From NCBI GenBank assembly GCA_011109175.1, contig RDEW01000024.1, positions 737,684 through 801,683 of the forward strand: 64,000 nucleotides of DNA. The letters are read 5' to 3'. The position numbers and the translations under genes were made by a program. This document shows positions 37,200 to 50,959 of this stretch, in pieces. This DNA is from Dicyema japonicum (lineage: Eukaryota > Animalia > Dicyemida). Every line of letters starts with the position of its first letter. Positions within the stretch are counted from its first letter, which is position 1. The notes beneath the pieces are model-generated. The model saw only the letters and a list, made by a program, of their open reading frames with translations, was not told the DNA's origin and ran no database searches.

Positions 37200-38043
37200 A
37201 ATACATAATGCTTTGAACAGTCTATGTTTCAAAGCTCTTTCTCAAATGAAATTCAAGATTTTGACACACGAATTTAAGACATCTTTTAATTTAATCGGCT
37301 AAGACATCGATAAGAGAGAATGTCGATGAAGGATACAGTGAATGACTGTTACATGTTTTCTCAAAAAGGCTGCAAACCCCGACCTGTTTCCGCGTATAAC
37401 TGGAGCACCGTCCGTGCAAATTTACCTTATAATTTCCAATGGAATATCATGTTCATCATGAAAAGTCTCAATTATATAGAAAACATTTTTTACAGAGGCT
37501 TCCGTTTCGAGAAGTTTACAAAAATAAAAATCTTCCACAATTAAATTTTCTTGTACATAACGAACAAAGCCAATTATTTGACTGCAATTATCAACATGGG
37601 TAGATTCACCCAACTTGATTGAAATCTTGATGCAAGAATTTTTTACATCCGAAAAAACCTTGTTTAAGAATATCACACCGATACAATTAATTCGATCCCG
37701 TATACAATTATTTGACAGTTTTCGAAAGGCGTCTGGACCAAGAAATGTTTTCACCATTTTCAATGCACATGGCTTAATTTAGTCTCTGGAATGGTATGTG
37801 GCTTTTTTGACTTCGCAACGTCATGTGCTACTTTAAATTTCGCCAAAAGTAACGGTTTATCAATGCAGATAAATCAAAGTATCGGAAGGGTTCCTTGGAT
37901 ATCTTATTGTGACCTTTTAGCCTTCAAACATTCAAGATTATTTCCTGAACGTTTTGCCCCGTGGATAGATTTAAAATGTCCGTTCAGTTTTGATGGTTTC
38001 AAATTTGAAATATAAAAATTGCATCACAAATCATGCACTGGGG
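37200..38043 (-). mobile_element. hAT (Buster/Charlie; SCAND3/ZBED5-like) transposase relic
   Basis: PQCMICDAI..LKPSKL.GHF..IH, then ISIKLGESTHVDNCSQIIGFVRYVQENLIVEDFYFCKLLET. Confidence 0.8.
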
Positions 38044-38049
38044 TCTATC

Positions 38050-39160
38050 GACTCCACGATTAATAATTTAATTTAAATCAGGTTTGTTAAAAATCTTGAT
38101 TTTTATGAAAAAATCTGATTTTTTTGAATTAAATGATTTTTATTCAGATACAAAGTAAAATAAGAATAAAAACAACAGAAATCGTATTTATTTATTTAAA
38201 GGCTTGTAAACAATGACAAGTTTGGTAGATTTTTCAATTCCCAGAGTATTTAGTACATTTGAATGAAAAAATCCAAAAATCAAAATTATTCGTCGTATTC
38301 CACCTGTGAATGCAACTGCTTCAAGAATTTTTTGCAAAGTAAAATTACTTCTGAAGGTACTGGAAAGACTCCAACCAAGCTATAGGTGATACTTTGCTCA
38401 ATAAATTCGGAGCGAGCATAGTTTGAATTGATCAGCTTTTGCTCTGAAATTAACCAAAGTCTGAAGACCATATTCATAATGTTCAGCACAATCTCCAGGG
38501 CGAGGTCAATCTCAGCAGTTGAAAGAGATCTCCCACAACGTGTTGAATCCATTAGATTCTCAAATAAGTGGAAAGGTGTTAATGCTAGGCTTGGTCAATC
38601 TCAGCAGTTGAAAGAGATCTCCCACAACGTGTTGAATCCATTAGATTCTCAAATAAGTGGAAAGGTGTTAATTCTTGATCTGGTCGAGTTTTCACTTTTT
38701 CTAAAATAGTCGTACATTCATAGTCAATATAAGTCTGTTTAAACTCTCTCCAAATTTCTACAGCATGACTAATCGTCTTAGAATCATTTTGAATTTTGTC
38801 AAAGCGACAGCAATTGGTTTAATCAACCGCAAATATTCTTCAACGCGTCGTTTTAGGCATATATTTTGTACTTTGGAACCAATCTCCAATATTCAATCTG
38901 TGTTCCTCACAAATTCTCATTTGATTGCTGGAACTGGGATTACATAACCGTCTGACGTTTTTTCTTCCTTTCTTTCTCGGTGATCTAGAGGTTCTAAATA
39001 AATAAAGAACATTGAAATGCCATGTTTTACCTTGGTTCATTTGATTGCTGGAACTGGGATTACATAACCGTCTGATGTTTTTTCTTCCTTTCTTTCTCGG
39101 TGATCTCGAGGTTCTAAATAAATAAAGAACATTGAAATATCATGTTTTACCTTGGTTTGA
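38050..39160 (-). mobile_element. Second, unrelated hAT-like transposase relic abutting the Buster element
   Basis: LRLIKPIAVALTKF..AVEIW..LTPFHLFENLMD..GRSLSTAEIDLALE; ATTTAAATCA/GATTTTT subterminal motifs at 38060-38140. Confidence 0.55.
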
Positions 39161-39419
39161 TGATCTTCCTTTAAATAGATTTTATTTAAAATTATTTTTA
39201 ATATTTTTTCAATATATATTTAAATTTATTTAAAAAAAAACCCGGTGGCTTCTCCAGTTGATCTCTGTTACAATCGTAAGAGGCAACGCAAATTCGATAA
39301 TGTTAGAGGGGTCTACTTTGGATGGATGACAGTATTTAAAACAAACAAACTAGTTTTTGAAGATCCTAGAAATTAGAGGAATGTTGAAACTTATATGGTT
39401 CCTAATGCAACTGATCGAC

Positions 39420-39800
39420 AACAAATTTTGAATCCAAGATTGGAGTCCAACAAGGCGACCCCAGTACCTCCTACTTTTTTCTTTGGGCATAGATTATGCA
39501 GCATCAGCGATTGGAACTCCACTGAACTTATGGTACCTGGATGATTCGACCGTGGGAAGGAATTGCAAATTTTGTGGAAAAGGTCGAGTACCCCATCTTA
39601 GCACTTACAGCACTAGGTTGGAACCAAATCCGTATAAATGTGAAATCATTAGCGTTGCTTATGTAGAGGACAACTTTGACCATGTAGTGATTTCTACTTA
39701 TCTCGGTCACTCGACTAGAAAACGCAATTTTCTCGGCTCTCCTTTATATGGAAGTGATATGTCAAAAAATGCATCTGGTTCAGTTTTCAGACAAAGGTGT
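39420..39800 (+). mobile_element. CRE-clade RT core fragment
   Basis: GVQQGDP..FSLGID..PLNLWYLDD..LEPNPYKCEI..FLGSPL (YLDD-type RT). Confidence 0.75.
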
Positions 39801-39899
39801 TGTCTGGTTTATTTTAGATCGACTTTACGATAGCAGCTAGATGAGCATTCTGCGCAATTTTGGTGTAGATTGTGTTTGGATTGATTTTCCCGATCTCTG

Positions 39900-40520
39900 A
39901 CGTGACTGTGCTACATAAGATTTACTCATGTCTGTGTGCCTTGATATTCTGTTGGGTTTCTATGAGAACCATCCGAAGACAAGGAGATAATAAAATACTA
40001 ATTCGTCTCCTCCTCCAATAGACGATCTGATATTCTCTTTGAGGGGACATCTGGGTAATCCCGATTCGTCTCTCTCTACAGACGCACGTATGTAAACTGG
40101 ATGATGTAAAAGATGTCCTCTGTCCCCTTATGCATGTCAAAAGTCACCCCAAGGATCCTTTGGGATTTTATGAAAGGAATAGCTTCATTGTTTGCCTTCA
40201 GTTCGACCGTCTGTCTTCCCAGTCTCTCTCTGAGGTAAATAGGGTTGTGACGGACAATTCACTGCTAGTAGTTAGGCGATTCGTCGTTAGGTGATTTGTC
40301 AAGACGGTCCAGATTTTCTGTCAATCACGAAGTGGCAATCTGGATGTCCTGATCGCGTGACGCATGACGATGTCGTCGGCATAAGTTAGAATAATATCAT
40401 TTTCGGAGTCTTAGGTGGGGAGGTCCGCCATGAATAGGTTGCATAAAACTGGAGACAAAGAGGATTTTTGGGGAACCCCATTAGGGAGAAGCCGTGAAAT
40501 AGGCCAATGATTTTGACATC
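39900..40520 (-). mobile_element. LINE RT fragment
   Basis: GVPQKSSLSPVLCNLFMADLP..ILTYADDIV. Confidence 0.7.
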
Positions 40521-41835
40521 TCAACAGCACTTGTCCGTCAACGAGCGACCATTCTCTACTATAAAATTAGCCTCTCAGCTGAATGTTGACCATCAAAAAA
40601 TAGTTGGATCCATCCATACCATGTCCTCAATAGACTCGCAGGTTTGTTTATATTCTTAAAAAGATTATAATTTTTTAATTAAAATCAGACACAGACATCA
40701 AGCTCGCCGACCATGGTCTCGAGACCATCAATGACGGTACGCTTGAAGAAGTGTATTTTCACTTTTGAAATGTCAGACCAAAAATATGATGGAACTAATT
40801 GAGGTAGTCTTAGTTTTTCACTAAGAACGCTTTTCCGAACGTCATGCTTGGCTTAAACGGCATCATTTCCCTTGATGGATGATCGTTGAAGAATGTGATG
40901 AGGACACGTGTTTTCTAACAAATAGTGATAAATTTGAGGCCACTACAGTCGCTCTTCTACGAGATATTAAATCTTCTAAGAACTCTCTCGACGCCTCCGT
41001 TCTTCTGATTAAACGGAAGCTTGCCACTCAAAAGCAAGTCTTAAACTAATATGTAGTAAAGTGAGTTATTTTTCTTGACACGTGGAGCAGCATTTTAAAC
41101 TTGTGGGTCAAAGGAGGAGACTGATTTGACGACTGCTATCGTCCGGGTGAGCCAATAGGTTATTATGAAGTATCAGTCGGACTGGCACCACAAGATGTGA
41201 AGAACATTTTAAGGACTCACACGACTGCGACAACTACCAAGATGTTGTATAAGCTGTCCCAGGAGTTTAAACCTATGAAGTATTTTTTGATCGACCGTGT
41301 TTTAAGCGAGGAAATATCGTCTAAAGAGGATGCTCAAGAGAAAATTTCACACAATGAACACAAAAGTCAAATAAAATATATCACGCAGAAAAAAGAAGAA
41401 AGTGTAAATCCCCTCTTCTTTCATGAGAGCGATGTTAGGGATACACTATATTCCGCAAACACCTCACTCTCACCGTTATTCTATTAAAAATCTTGTATAC
41501 TTCATGTTGGAAACACTGGTGTAGAGGATTGTCCTAAAAGTTTGTTTCATCACCGGACATATTAAATTGAGACTGAAAACTCTACTAAATTAAGTTGGCA
41601 TATATTTTAAAACAATCTTATTAAATAGAGCAGCGATTTTTTTCGTATTATAAGAGTGTTCGTCGAAAAATTTAACAGATCGCTAAAGACAATGTGGTTT
41701 GAAACTGTTGGATCAAATTGATAAATCCTTAGATTGAGATATTTTTATGTTAAAAGTGAAATTATGAGTGACAAAATAATTATTAAAACCATTTAATCCC
41801 TTAAAAACAAAAAGTTAACTAATCAATCGATCAAA

Positions 41836-43004
41836 TTATTCGATTATAGGATAAATTGGACTGAAAGGAAATCCACAGTTATATTTCCCACGTGACAGTT
41901 TGAAGTATCCAAATATACCCCATGCTTTTCCCCATCCATTTTTGATAAGCCAATACTCTTCACCTTTCATAATTCCATAACCAACAACAGAAATTACATG
42001 ATTATAGTTCAAGTTATAACAATTCCTGATATGGTATACTCCTAAAACGTTTCATTTATATTTACCTCGGAGATAAGTTTGCATGCTTACAAAAGAACCA
42101 TCAATTACAACAGTAATAGGATCAACTTTAATGAGATAGTCCATAAGCATTTGTTCGTCACCATCATTAAGTATTTTATAACCAGTCAATTTAAGTTTAA
42201 TATTTGGTTTATCATCATATTTACATTTACCCTCCTATAGAGTTATCGATAGAGACATTACCTTAGCCACATACGGATATCGTTTTTCAGAATTAATTCC
42301 TCCGTTATTTGTAATGTAATCATAAACATCATCAACAAATCCACCACTGCATCCATGATCATTTATACAATCTACAATGTTTCGTTCACTCATAGATATA
42401 AGAATATTGTGTTTGATTGCATAATGTGACTCCAACGTAGCCAACTAAATGCGTTAAACATTTGTTAACTGCTCCAAATGCATAGCAAGACCCACAAAAA
42501 CCTTGAGTTTTTATATCAGTTACACAGTTTCGTTTTACCCAACTAAATGATTTGGGATATCTTGTTTTATTTGTATACACAGTATGATCTTCTAATAATT
42601 CATCTGTGTTTGTTTGATTTGAATAAGAATTAAACTTGAATTTGTTTGGTTTTCTAAATTCCCTTCTTGTCTACAAAAATATATTGTAATTAAACCAGGT
42701 CAGCGAACTGATTAATTCCCAATTCATACAAAAATCTTCCATGATTAAAAAGTAAATTGTGGTTGTCAATGAATATTAAGTTTTCAGTAAAAATAGCCTT
42801 TCTAACCTGTAGTTCTAAGCCAGAATATGATTTATCTTAAAATAAGTAATAATAAATTTAACTATATTTTTCTATGAAATTATTCCATTGGATTTCATAA
42901 TATTCATTGTCTTTAAGTGAATAATTGATTGATTCGTATTTGAAATGAATTTTGGATGAATTAAAGTTATTCAAAAATATAACAAGGAAAAATATGTTGA
43001 TCAT
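41836..43004 (-). CDS. Cathepsin L-like papain-family (C1A) preproprotease, 6 exons, 346 aa, intact
   Basis: Five GT-AG introns (27, 25, 25, 27, 24 nt) leave 1041 nt open. Signal peptide, ERFNIN and GNFD-type prodomain motifs, oxyanion Gln, catalytic Cys (CGSCYAF), His (NHVISVVGYG) and Asn (IKNGWG). Confidence 0.95.
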
Positions 43005-43269
43005 TTTAATTAATTCTGTTTATTTTTTATTTACATAATTTTAAAAAAATATATATTTTTGTTTTTTATGAGTTTATCCAGACGAAATTGATAATCGCAT
43101 TATCTTCGCTAGATGGTCTTTCCTTGATCTTTTACCAGCTCTTTGGGTTCGGGTTCTGTTCTGGTCACGTTGGATTAGGTCTTCTCTGTTATTAGTGGTA
43201 ACTTAGGTTACTAAAAATAGGAACTAGCTTGAAGACAGATAGAATATTCCCAAGGAAGACTTGTCTTCA

Positions 43270-43940
43270 TTGTTCTCCATCTCCCTCTGCTTTACGCATC
43301 TGTCCGTAGATCTTCTAGGTCACTGCAGATTAAAGTTTCTTCCAATTCCGTTAATATCCTTGTTTAGAGCCACAGAGAGGGTGACTCTAGGCCTTCCTCT
43401 GAATGATAGTTTGTTCTCATTGTTAAACTAATTGTCCATTATTATATTTGCATGGGCGTTTATGTTCATTTTAAGCACGTGCCTAAACAGTTTCTATCTT
43501 GATTCAATAATGTCGATCATTTTTGCCTCTATTGTGTCACAGAGTATAATTACTTATTTTAAATCTTCTTAGAAAAGCCTAGCCCCATTAAATTTCGTAA
43601 TTGTTTTCGATGAAATATATCCAATTTCTTAAGCTCTGTGACCCCTCTCCCCCATGTACCCGAGTTGTACATAAGCACCGGCTTCATAAATGAGTTGTAT
43701 ATCTTATTCTTAGATATTTTTTTTAGTTTTCGTCGACTCCATATCTTCTGCATTTTCATGTAAATGACATATCGCATTCCAATCCATATCCTCCAAAGGA
43801 AAGCTTAAATAATTAAATCACCCCAACTTGTATTCCAAAGCCTATAAAGTCATTTTGCGAATTGTCGGAAAATTGAGTACTCAAAGTAGACGACTACAAT
43901 AAGTTTACAATGGAATTGAGTCTCCTCTAATCCATTAGAT
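43270..43940 (-). mobile_element. RTE-clade LINE C-terminal relic (duplicate)
   Basis: KIWSRRKL..KNKIYNSFMKPVLMYNSGTW..LDIFHRKQLRNLMG. Confidence 0.75.
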
Positions 43941-43944
43941 TCAA

Positions 43945-44530
43945 CCCGCACCGTAATAAGAGAAACTCCCCCAGAACATGATTTTTCCTAAAACTGAAAT
44001 TTCAGTAAGCTAACTTTTTCCAAACTTATTAGTTTACGCTATGAATTCCGGCTTCAAAGAGTCTTTTGCATTTTTGTAAACTATTGCGTTCTTCTTTGTA
44101 GGTCTCAGTTCAAATGAACATTCGTCAGAAATGATGTAAGTTTTCCATTCATCATCAGAAACTTGTAAAAAATTTACCATTTTCGTCTTTTCAGAATGTT
44201 TTTTTTTCAACTCTAACAGGGTTTTTTGATTGTTTTTCGATAGAATATTTCTTTTTTATTTAGAGTTGGGATTACTGCATGCCTGGAAACTTATCTTCCA
44301 ATGGAATTTTTGAGTTCCGTAGATAACTTTAGCATTGAAAACTAAGGGTTTCACTGGAAATATTGCTAAAGTAATTATCTTCGATTCATTTAACTTTGGT
44401 AGACGCCCTACCCGGATTACGAAAAATCCTTCCGGTCTTTTGTATCTACTGATGAAACTTCCGACAGTAGAAAAGGGAACTTCAGTCTCTATGGAAATTT
44501 GTCTAAGAGACATTTTCTGGTTGTGCAGTG
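43945..44530 (-). mobile_element. Tc1 transposase relic (duplicate)
   Basis: MSLRQISIETEVPFSTVGSFISRYK. Confidence 0.85.
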
Positions 44531-44599
44531 CAATCCGAGAGTTTCATCACTCTTTATCCCAAGATATTCATCCACTTGCATGCCCAGAGTATCTTTCTT

Positions 44600-44950
44600 T
44601 TAAGAATCCTGTTTCCACTTCAAGAAAAATTGTACTTGGCAAGTCATCTCAGAGGTGTTCATGTTACCGTCTAGTCAGAACTTGGAATCGTGAAATCTCC
44701 TGTTCTGCTTGTGGAGATTTCTTCCACTTCGGTTGTATCAGGCTATCCCAATCTGCAGCGAGTGGGCTTGGATTCTGCCACTACCAGTCACTTTCCATAT
44801 CGGTTTTACCTCAAGATTTCTTCCACCTTGGTTTTACCTCTGCCTATGCAGGGAGGGTCCCCGTACCCGCTCCATTGTTAACTATCCCGTTAATTACCAA
44901 TCAACCACTGACCTCCGCAACATTGTTACATTTCATCTCTGAGTTACGTT
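44600..44950 (+). mobile_element. PHD-finger-containing LINE ORF1 relic (copy 2)
   Basis: RCSCYRLVRTWNREISCSACGDFFHFGCIRLSQ has PHD-type C..C / C..C..FH..C spacing, typical of CR1/L2-group ORF1. Confidence 0.5.
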
Positions 44951-45789
44951 CTTAACGTACTATCCCTGTAAAGAACCCCAAGGTCATACGACTTGTCGAT
45001 TCGGAAGCCTTTTCCAAAAACATCCAAGATACCATCCGGACTAACCCAGTACAAGATTAGGTGAGCCTATTGTGTTTTGCGTTTTCCACTCTAGGAGTTG
45101 ATCTAGATGGTCACAAATAGAAGTCTGTGCTACATGCATGATGAGGACACACTCGTTCTTTTATGGAAAAACCCATATCCCCAGTTACCTCACAGTTTCT
45201 AGCCGTACAAAAGGAAACACATGTTCCTAACAAGGAAATCGAAATACTTCGCATCAAAAGAACTGTTAGGTCGAAATTAATAGAAGGTGGTACTCGCTCA
45301 CCCATCAGAGTACTATCCTAAAGTTGACCGAGAAAACCGACTCCCTACGCCTACAATATTTTACTGAACAATCATTTTCTGCCACTTCACTACCTACGTC
45401 CAGTAGGTAACTAAAGGAGACTTCTATATCTATAGGAGACCAAAGACTTGGTCATAAGAATTCAATTACTTCACTATGAATCGGAGTACTTTCCGAAGTT
45501 ATCCTCTATGTCCTATTCTCCGCCAATTTGATAGCCTTCGATAAGAAGGGCGGCGGATTACGGCCGGTCTGGTTCGTCTTCATTTTCCCAAATATTAACC
45601 TCATTAAAAGAAAAAATATAAAAGTGCGACCTCAGATTTTTGGATCACACATTCTGAAATAGTTATCTCCCCTCTTTAAGAGATTCATTCTTGCGCTTCC
45701 TAAACTGATCTAAACAATTTAAAGATGCGTCAACAGTTACATAAATGTTGTTGGATTTAATATTTTCAAAACACTTGTTTCATCAAAAA

Positions 45790-47100
45790 AATGATCTCAC
45801 TTAGAATAAATCGTAAAAATTTAGGGTTGATAATGTCCAGGATCTGCAAATTATTATATTTGAGAGAAGAATCACCGAAGATCAATTTACACCTTGAAAT
45901 GAATAATGATATTGAAAGACAATGGGTTAAAGATTGTCTTCATTCAGGTGGAGTTGAATCTATTTGGAAAGTTATTCATGACTATTCAGTTCGACACCAA
46001 TGGGGAGATGTCTGACATTGGTTTCTCCACTCAGCAATCGCAGATGGGGATTTGAAAATGGTTAGTGAAATTAGTGTAACTACAAATCATGGAAGTAATG
46101 GTAAACTTACAATTTTAGTAAATCAAGTGAAATATATTTCAAAAATTGATTTATTGGTTTTCAGGATTATTAACATAATTATGTTTCTCGGTTATGTATC
46201 CCAGAAAGATGTTAATAGCAGGAAAGGTGTTGTCTCAGACTTCAAATTTAGGGAACTGAAGAAATACTCCGTCCTTAGAGATTATTTACGATTCATCCTT
46301 ATCACCTTCATAACTTTTAAAACGGTTGGAAGAATTAGTTTAAAAAATCTGATTGCTTTTCTGGGGTGAGTTAATACAAGGAGTCAGTTTTTGATATATG
46401 CAAAGGCCTCTCCAATATCCAAACTTTATCATGCCAGGTGTGCTTCCTCGATACCTAAGAGATCAGTGTCAAAAAAGCTCAATTTGTATCTGTAGTAGAG
46501 TGGATCGAGACTGAGGCTTACTTCCTCGATTCCAAGGAAGTTATTGGTCTTACAAAAATCAAAGACTCAGTGACCTAGAAAAGTATCGAGGTGGAGGCGA
46601 AAACCGAGTTCCATGGCATAACTTACCAGACTAGTAAACCATTAGTTCTCCTTTGATATAGACATCAGAAAAGCTCAGAACGTATGAACACTGTTTAAAA
46701 TCTTTAAATTCTTGAAAACCTCAACATTTCCAGAGATTTACAATTCTGGAAAACCCGTGTTGTGAGTTGACAAAGTTATTGCTATGTGTCTTCCTAATAT
46801 ATATTTTTGATTGGTGAGATTCTAAAGGTGATGAGACAGAAAACCTTGAAAGTCCTATATAGTGAGTAACTTCTCTGCAATGTCAGGACATCATTTACTT
46901 GCCTTCTGACGTCCTTGTAACTCCTGCTCCACTAATGTCGAAGATCATCACAAGTTTCAGCTTTAGAAAAAAGGTTGGAGAAGTAGATTTACTCTCTTCA
47001 ATTTTCATTACACCTCACGTCGACATTTGGTGGAAGAGTTTTCATAGTGTAATCTTTAACATGGATTTGGTCAGGGAAATGGTAGGAAGATACTATTCGC
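45790..47100 (+). mobile_element. LINE ORF1 plus APE-start relic (duplicate of 29190-30640)
   Basis: High DNA similarity to copy 1; FSFRKKVGEVDLL motif. Confidence 0.45.
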
Positions 47101-47316
47101 CGTAAACATGAGCGCCCACAGCTATTCCCTCTGACCTGTTCCACGCTATATATTCATCACCAGATTTGCAATTTTGGTCTTTATTCCTTCGGTTATAAGT
47201 TTTCTTATCAGGAAGTTCACTGACCGTACTGAGAATATATCCATTTAGTTCAGTCGTAATAATTGAAATTTTTTAAGGATGTATTAAGTTTTTTTTCTTA
47301 AATTAAGAAAATAACT

Positions 47317-47583
47317 GGGTGGCATAGTGGTTAGTTGTCGGGCTTAAGTGGCTTAGGCTATGGGTTCGAATCTCGCTGCTGTTCACCTGGTGAAATGTTC
47401 CACGCATCTACGATGCTAAAAGGCTTGACAAGTGATGCCAGTGGACTCTCACTCCGGAACTGAATTGTCTAGAAAGGACACTCACACAAGAAAAAAAAGA
47501 AGTGAAGATCATTCCTTGGTTCTACGATTAGTTAAAATTAACTGTCCTTTACTTAAATAAAGTGTGTGTCTTGCCTATGCGGA
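47317..47583 (+). mobile_element. tRNA-derived SINE, 3'-truncated
   Basis: A box TGGCATAGTGG, B box GGTTCGAATCT (47363-47373), central domain and partial tail matching 61058. Confidence 0.85.
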
Positions 47584-47679
47584 TTCATTGGAACTGCTGT
47601 AACCAGAAATCCATTTAAATAAAATAATTTTTATTAATAATTTAATAGAAATATAAATTATTGTTTACAAAGAATGCAG

Positions 47680-48500
47680 AGTCACTCTGTTCGACAAACA
47701 TTCCTCCATACTCAGGAATTTGATAGATTGTATCGCCAACGTATCCGTTCCTCCCCCAAGTGCCTATGGAAAAGGATTTTCTATGGATTTATCTGCCCTA
47801 GATATAATGGAAAACTTGTTGGTGTCCAGAGATTTTAATGCCAAGCACCCTTCGTGATAAGAGGAACAACCTCCTGACACAAGGAAATTTCATATAATCT
47901 CCCAATTAGAAAATCTGTCCATTATGAACGACCCCCAACTAGGAATACACGAACCTCGTATAATAGCATGGATTCCCGTACATCACCAGATATTACGTTA
48001 TGTTCACCACGGCTTGCTCCGCTATTATGCTGGCCGGTAAACTATGACTTACTAAGCGACCATAATCTTATTCTGATCAAGATCAATTGTACACAAATGA
48101 CGCGGTCAAAACACGTCAATTTTTATGACTAAACTAATGCTCACTGGACAGGATTCAGAAGATACGTGGACTCGGCCCTATTGAATTTCCATCAGAATAA
48201 TTTTAACTCAATTGATTGAGGAGTCTGTCATTTTAATATTGTTATTCTGGAAGGGAGAAAACTATTTGTCAGATAAGGAATTTTAAAGCTCACCAAGAAT
48301 AAATTTGATGCAATCACAATCAAACTAATCAAAGAAAGGAATTATTGTTACTATGAGCAAGTAGGGAGATTATGTTCCATCTATTCTTAAAACCACAACA
48401 GAGTTAATAAATCTGCTTCTTTTTTAAGAATATTTATTTAACACTTTTCTATGTCTGGACAAAGCTAAACGGAATTACATTTTACGTGGCAATATGGTTT
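47680..48500 (+). mobile_element. LINE APE endonuclease relic
   Basis: IANVSVPP, LLVSRDFNAKHPS, SPDIT, LSDHNLILI. Confidence 0.7.
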
Positions 48501-49619
48501 TTTTGAAAATATGATAATTGAGTATGAGCATCGGACTAACCTATCTGACTCAGTTCATCTATCTTTCAACATATACCATAATTTGTCATAAATACTGTAT
48601 ATCTATGATGGAGTTATATCTATGATGGAGTTATCTAGTGCTTCTGAAAGTATATGGACAAATACCTATAGAAATAATGAGAACATAAATTCAATCACTC
48701 AAACTAAAGAAAACTCTTGAGAGTTTAGTAATCGAGTAAAGGCATTGAATTAAGATGTCTAATTATAAGTTCATCTCTACTTATAATCAACCTGAGGATC
48801 AACTAAGCGGTGATTACGAGGACATCTCATTGAATGCCATAGAGGATAGATGTCTGACTCACGTATGGAGAGAAAGAATAAAGATGAGTTAAGAGCTATC
48901 TTTTCTATTTGGGGGTGATTTCAAGTGATTAAAATAAATCAATACAACAATACATATAAAATGATTTCCTTGACTGAGATATAGTAACAGTTGGGAGAGT
49001 CTACTAGATTTTGCAAAGGAATATCTTACTTCCAGTATAACGTAACTATTATTAGATGGGAAAAATAAGTTCGGGAAGTTAAAATGGGATTAAAGAAAAG
49101 GATTCTTACCTCGGTACTCTGTACTCCCAACTGTTATTATATCTCTGTCTTTGAAAGTGGTTAGAATGTTATATCTTCAATACAAAAAACGAGACTGAGC
49201 CCTATCAATCGCAGTCCATGACCGGGTATCAACTAGAGCTATTAGAAGCCTTTTTATCAACAAGGTCTGGAACGTATTCCACCAGCTTCCATAGCGCGGG
49301 AAGTTCATTTCCACATGGTGCGTTTACTTAGTATCACGTAAATTTACTTTCGCATCTGTACAGGATTGGACAATCGTTTTTTCCTCTATGTAATTTTATT
49401 TTTAAAAACAAGAATTAATTATTTCTAGAATAACTGCAGATGAATTTCTCATCGAATTAACATAATTTATAAACTGATTTCGATATTGACATAATTTATA
49501 AAACTAACATAATTTTTTATGGTAATTTTTTAATACAAATATACAAATTATTGCATTTTAACTTTAAAATCATGTGAAAACGATTATTAAAATTAAGTAA
49601 AGTTGATATTACAGGTCTC

Positions 49620-50270
49620 CATTATGGCATGTAGACGTTGAGCATGCAATGGGAATTACCTGTCACAATCCCGAGGCCAATGTTCTGTTAGAATATAGTG
49701 GTGCTATATGATCAACCTGTCTCAGATGACGCACTCTGCCAGGGTGGCATGTAAATGATCATTTTCTTTCCCCCAATCCATTGGATGGGTTCCCACGATG
49801 GTTCCTGTGATGAATGGACGTTTTCAACCTCTTATGCTGCTTCTGGATTAACCCAGTATTCAGTGGTCGTAGACTTGACGAGAGAAACCAAGATCTATCA
49901 CTAGTTTATTTCGTTTCAACGTAGTTTCGTAACGTTGGGAATATATGTTAGTGTAAATAACCGTACACGTGTGCTTCGCATTCTGATGAGCAATAATTAC
50001 AACTGGCAACATAATAATTTCAAAAATTATACGATTCCCAATAATAACTTCGTGGAATACGACTTCGATTATACCTGTAATTGCTCTCATTTGAAATTTA
50101 CAGATCCCTTTTATGCAGATACCAAGAGAATTCATATAATTTCCTGAACTAAAACTCTGTGGGTAATTTCGAATTGGATGAACTTTATTACTATCAAGAG
50201 ACCGACTATTTTTCCAGACAGGATAGTAATGGTTTATTCTGGAGTTGCCCCCATCAACCAAATGGATCAC
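49620..50270 (+). pseudogene. Possible F5/8 type C (discoidin)-like domain relic, copy 2
   Basis: One frame reads QYSVVVDLTRETKIYH*FISFQRSFVTLGIYVSVNN..FTDPFYADTKRIHIIS with two stops; weak similarity to discoidin spacing. Confidence 0.3.
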
Positions 50271-50959
50271 AAATCCATGCTAACAGTTAAGGTGACTGTC
50301 TTTCATTTAATCTTTTGTCCGAGGTAAAAGGGATGTGGATATTTATTCTGATGCCTTCNTGTAAATTTAATTTTGTTAATTACTTCAATTTTTGACCCAT
50401 AAATAAAAAAATTTGACTTGTTTATGCAGACGATACACGTTGAGCTCAATTTGATAGCATTTTGTGTTTCGAACAAATAACCAGTTAGCAAAGTGATTAA
50501 TTTGTCTGAAGGTTGAGGTCGTGACGTACTTGTATTGGTTCTTCTTCTAGTGAACATGGACAAGGCGATAGACTCGGGAGACGACTACGTGTGTGTCAAA
50601 CAGAGATCTAATCACTTGTCACATCCAAGATTCTTTGACATCTTTTGAAAAAGATGTCGACCTTTTTTAACTTCAAGGTGACTGTCTTTCATTCAATCTT
50701 TTGTCCGAGGTAAAAGGGATGTGGATATTTATTCTGAGGCCTTATGAATGTCCCGATTCTCGAAGCCAACAGATTATCATCCGCATAGGAAAGTAGAGCA
50801 TCATTATCAGATTCAAGTGTTGGGAGACCGTCCAGAATGAGGTTACTTAGAGTAGAGGATAAAAAAGATCCTTGAGAGACTCCGTTGGGGAGGAGACGCG
50901 AGATTGATTTCTGACCTCCGAGACATACACGTCAAAAGCTTTGTATATGTCAATCTAGC

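Larger units (their letters stand above)
24400..38350 (+). repeat. Segmental duplication, copy 1 (~14 kb)
   Basis: Collinear with 41340-64000 for the cathepsin, RTE, Tc1, PHD/ORF1 relics, CRE end, AT-rich blocks and hAT relics. Divergence is roughly 5-10% by eye, with large indels. Confidence 0.9.

Noticed and set aside
37320-37544. Identical 74-aa ORFs at 37320 and 62948 as a conserved small gene
   Set aside because: They are antisense to the hAT transposase, and the identity is explained by the segmental duplication.
47317-47390. Genuine tRNA genes at the SINE heads (also 61058)
   Set aside because: A and B boxes are present, but there is no complete cloverleaf or acceptor stem and the sequence continues into the SINE body.
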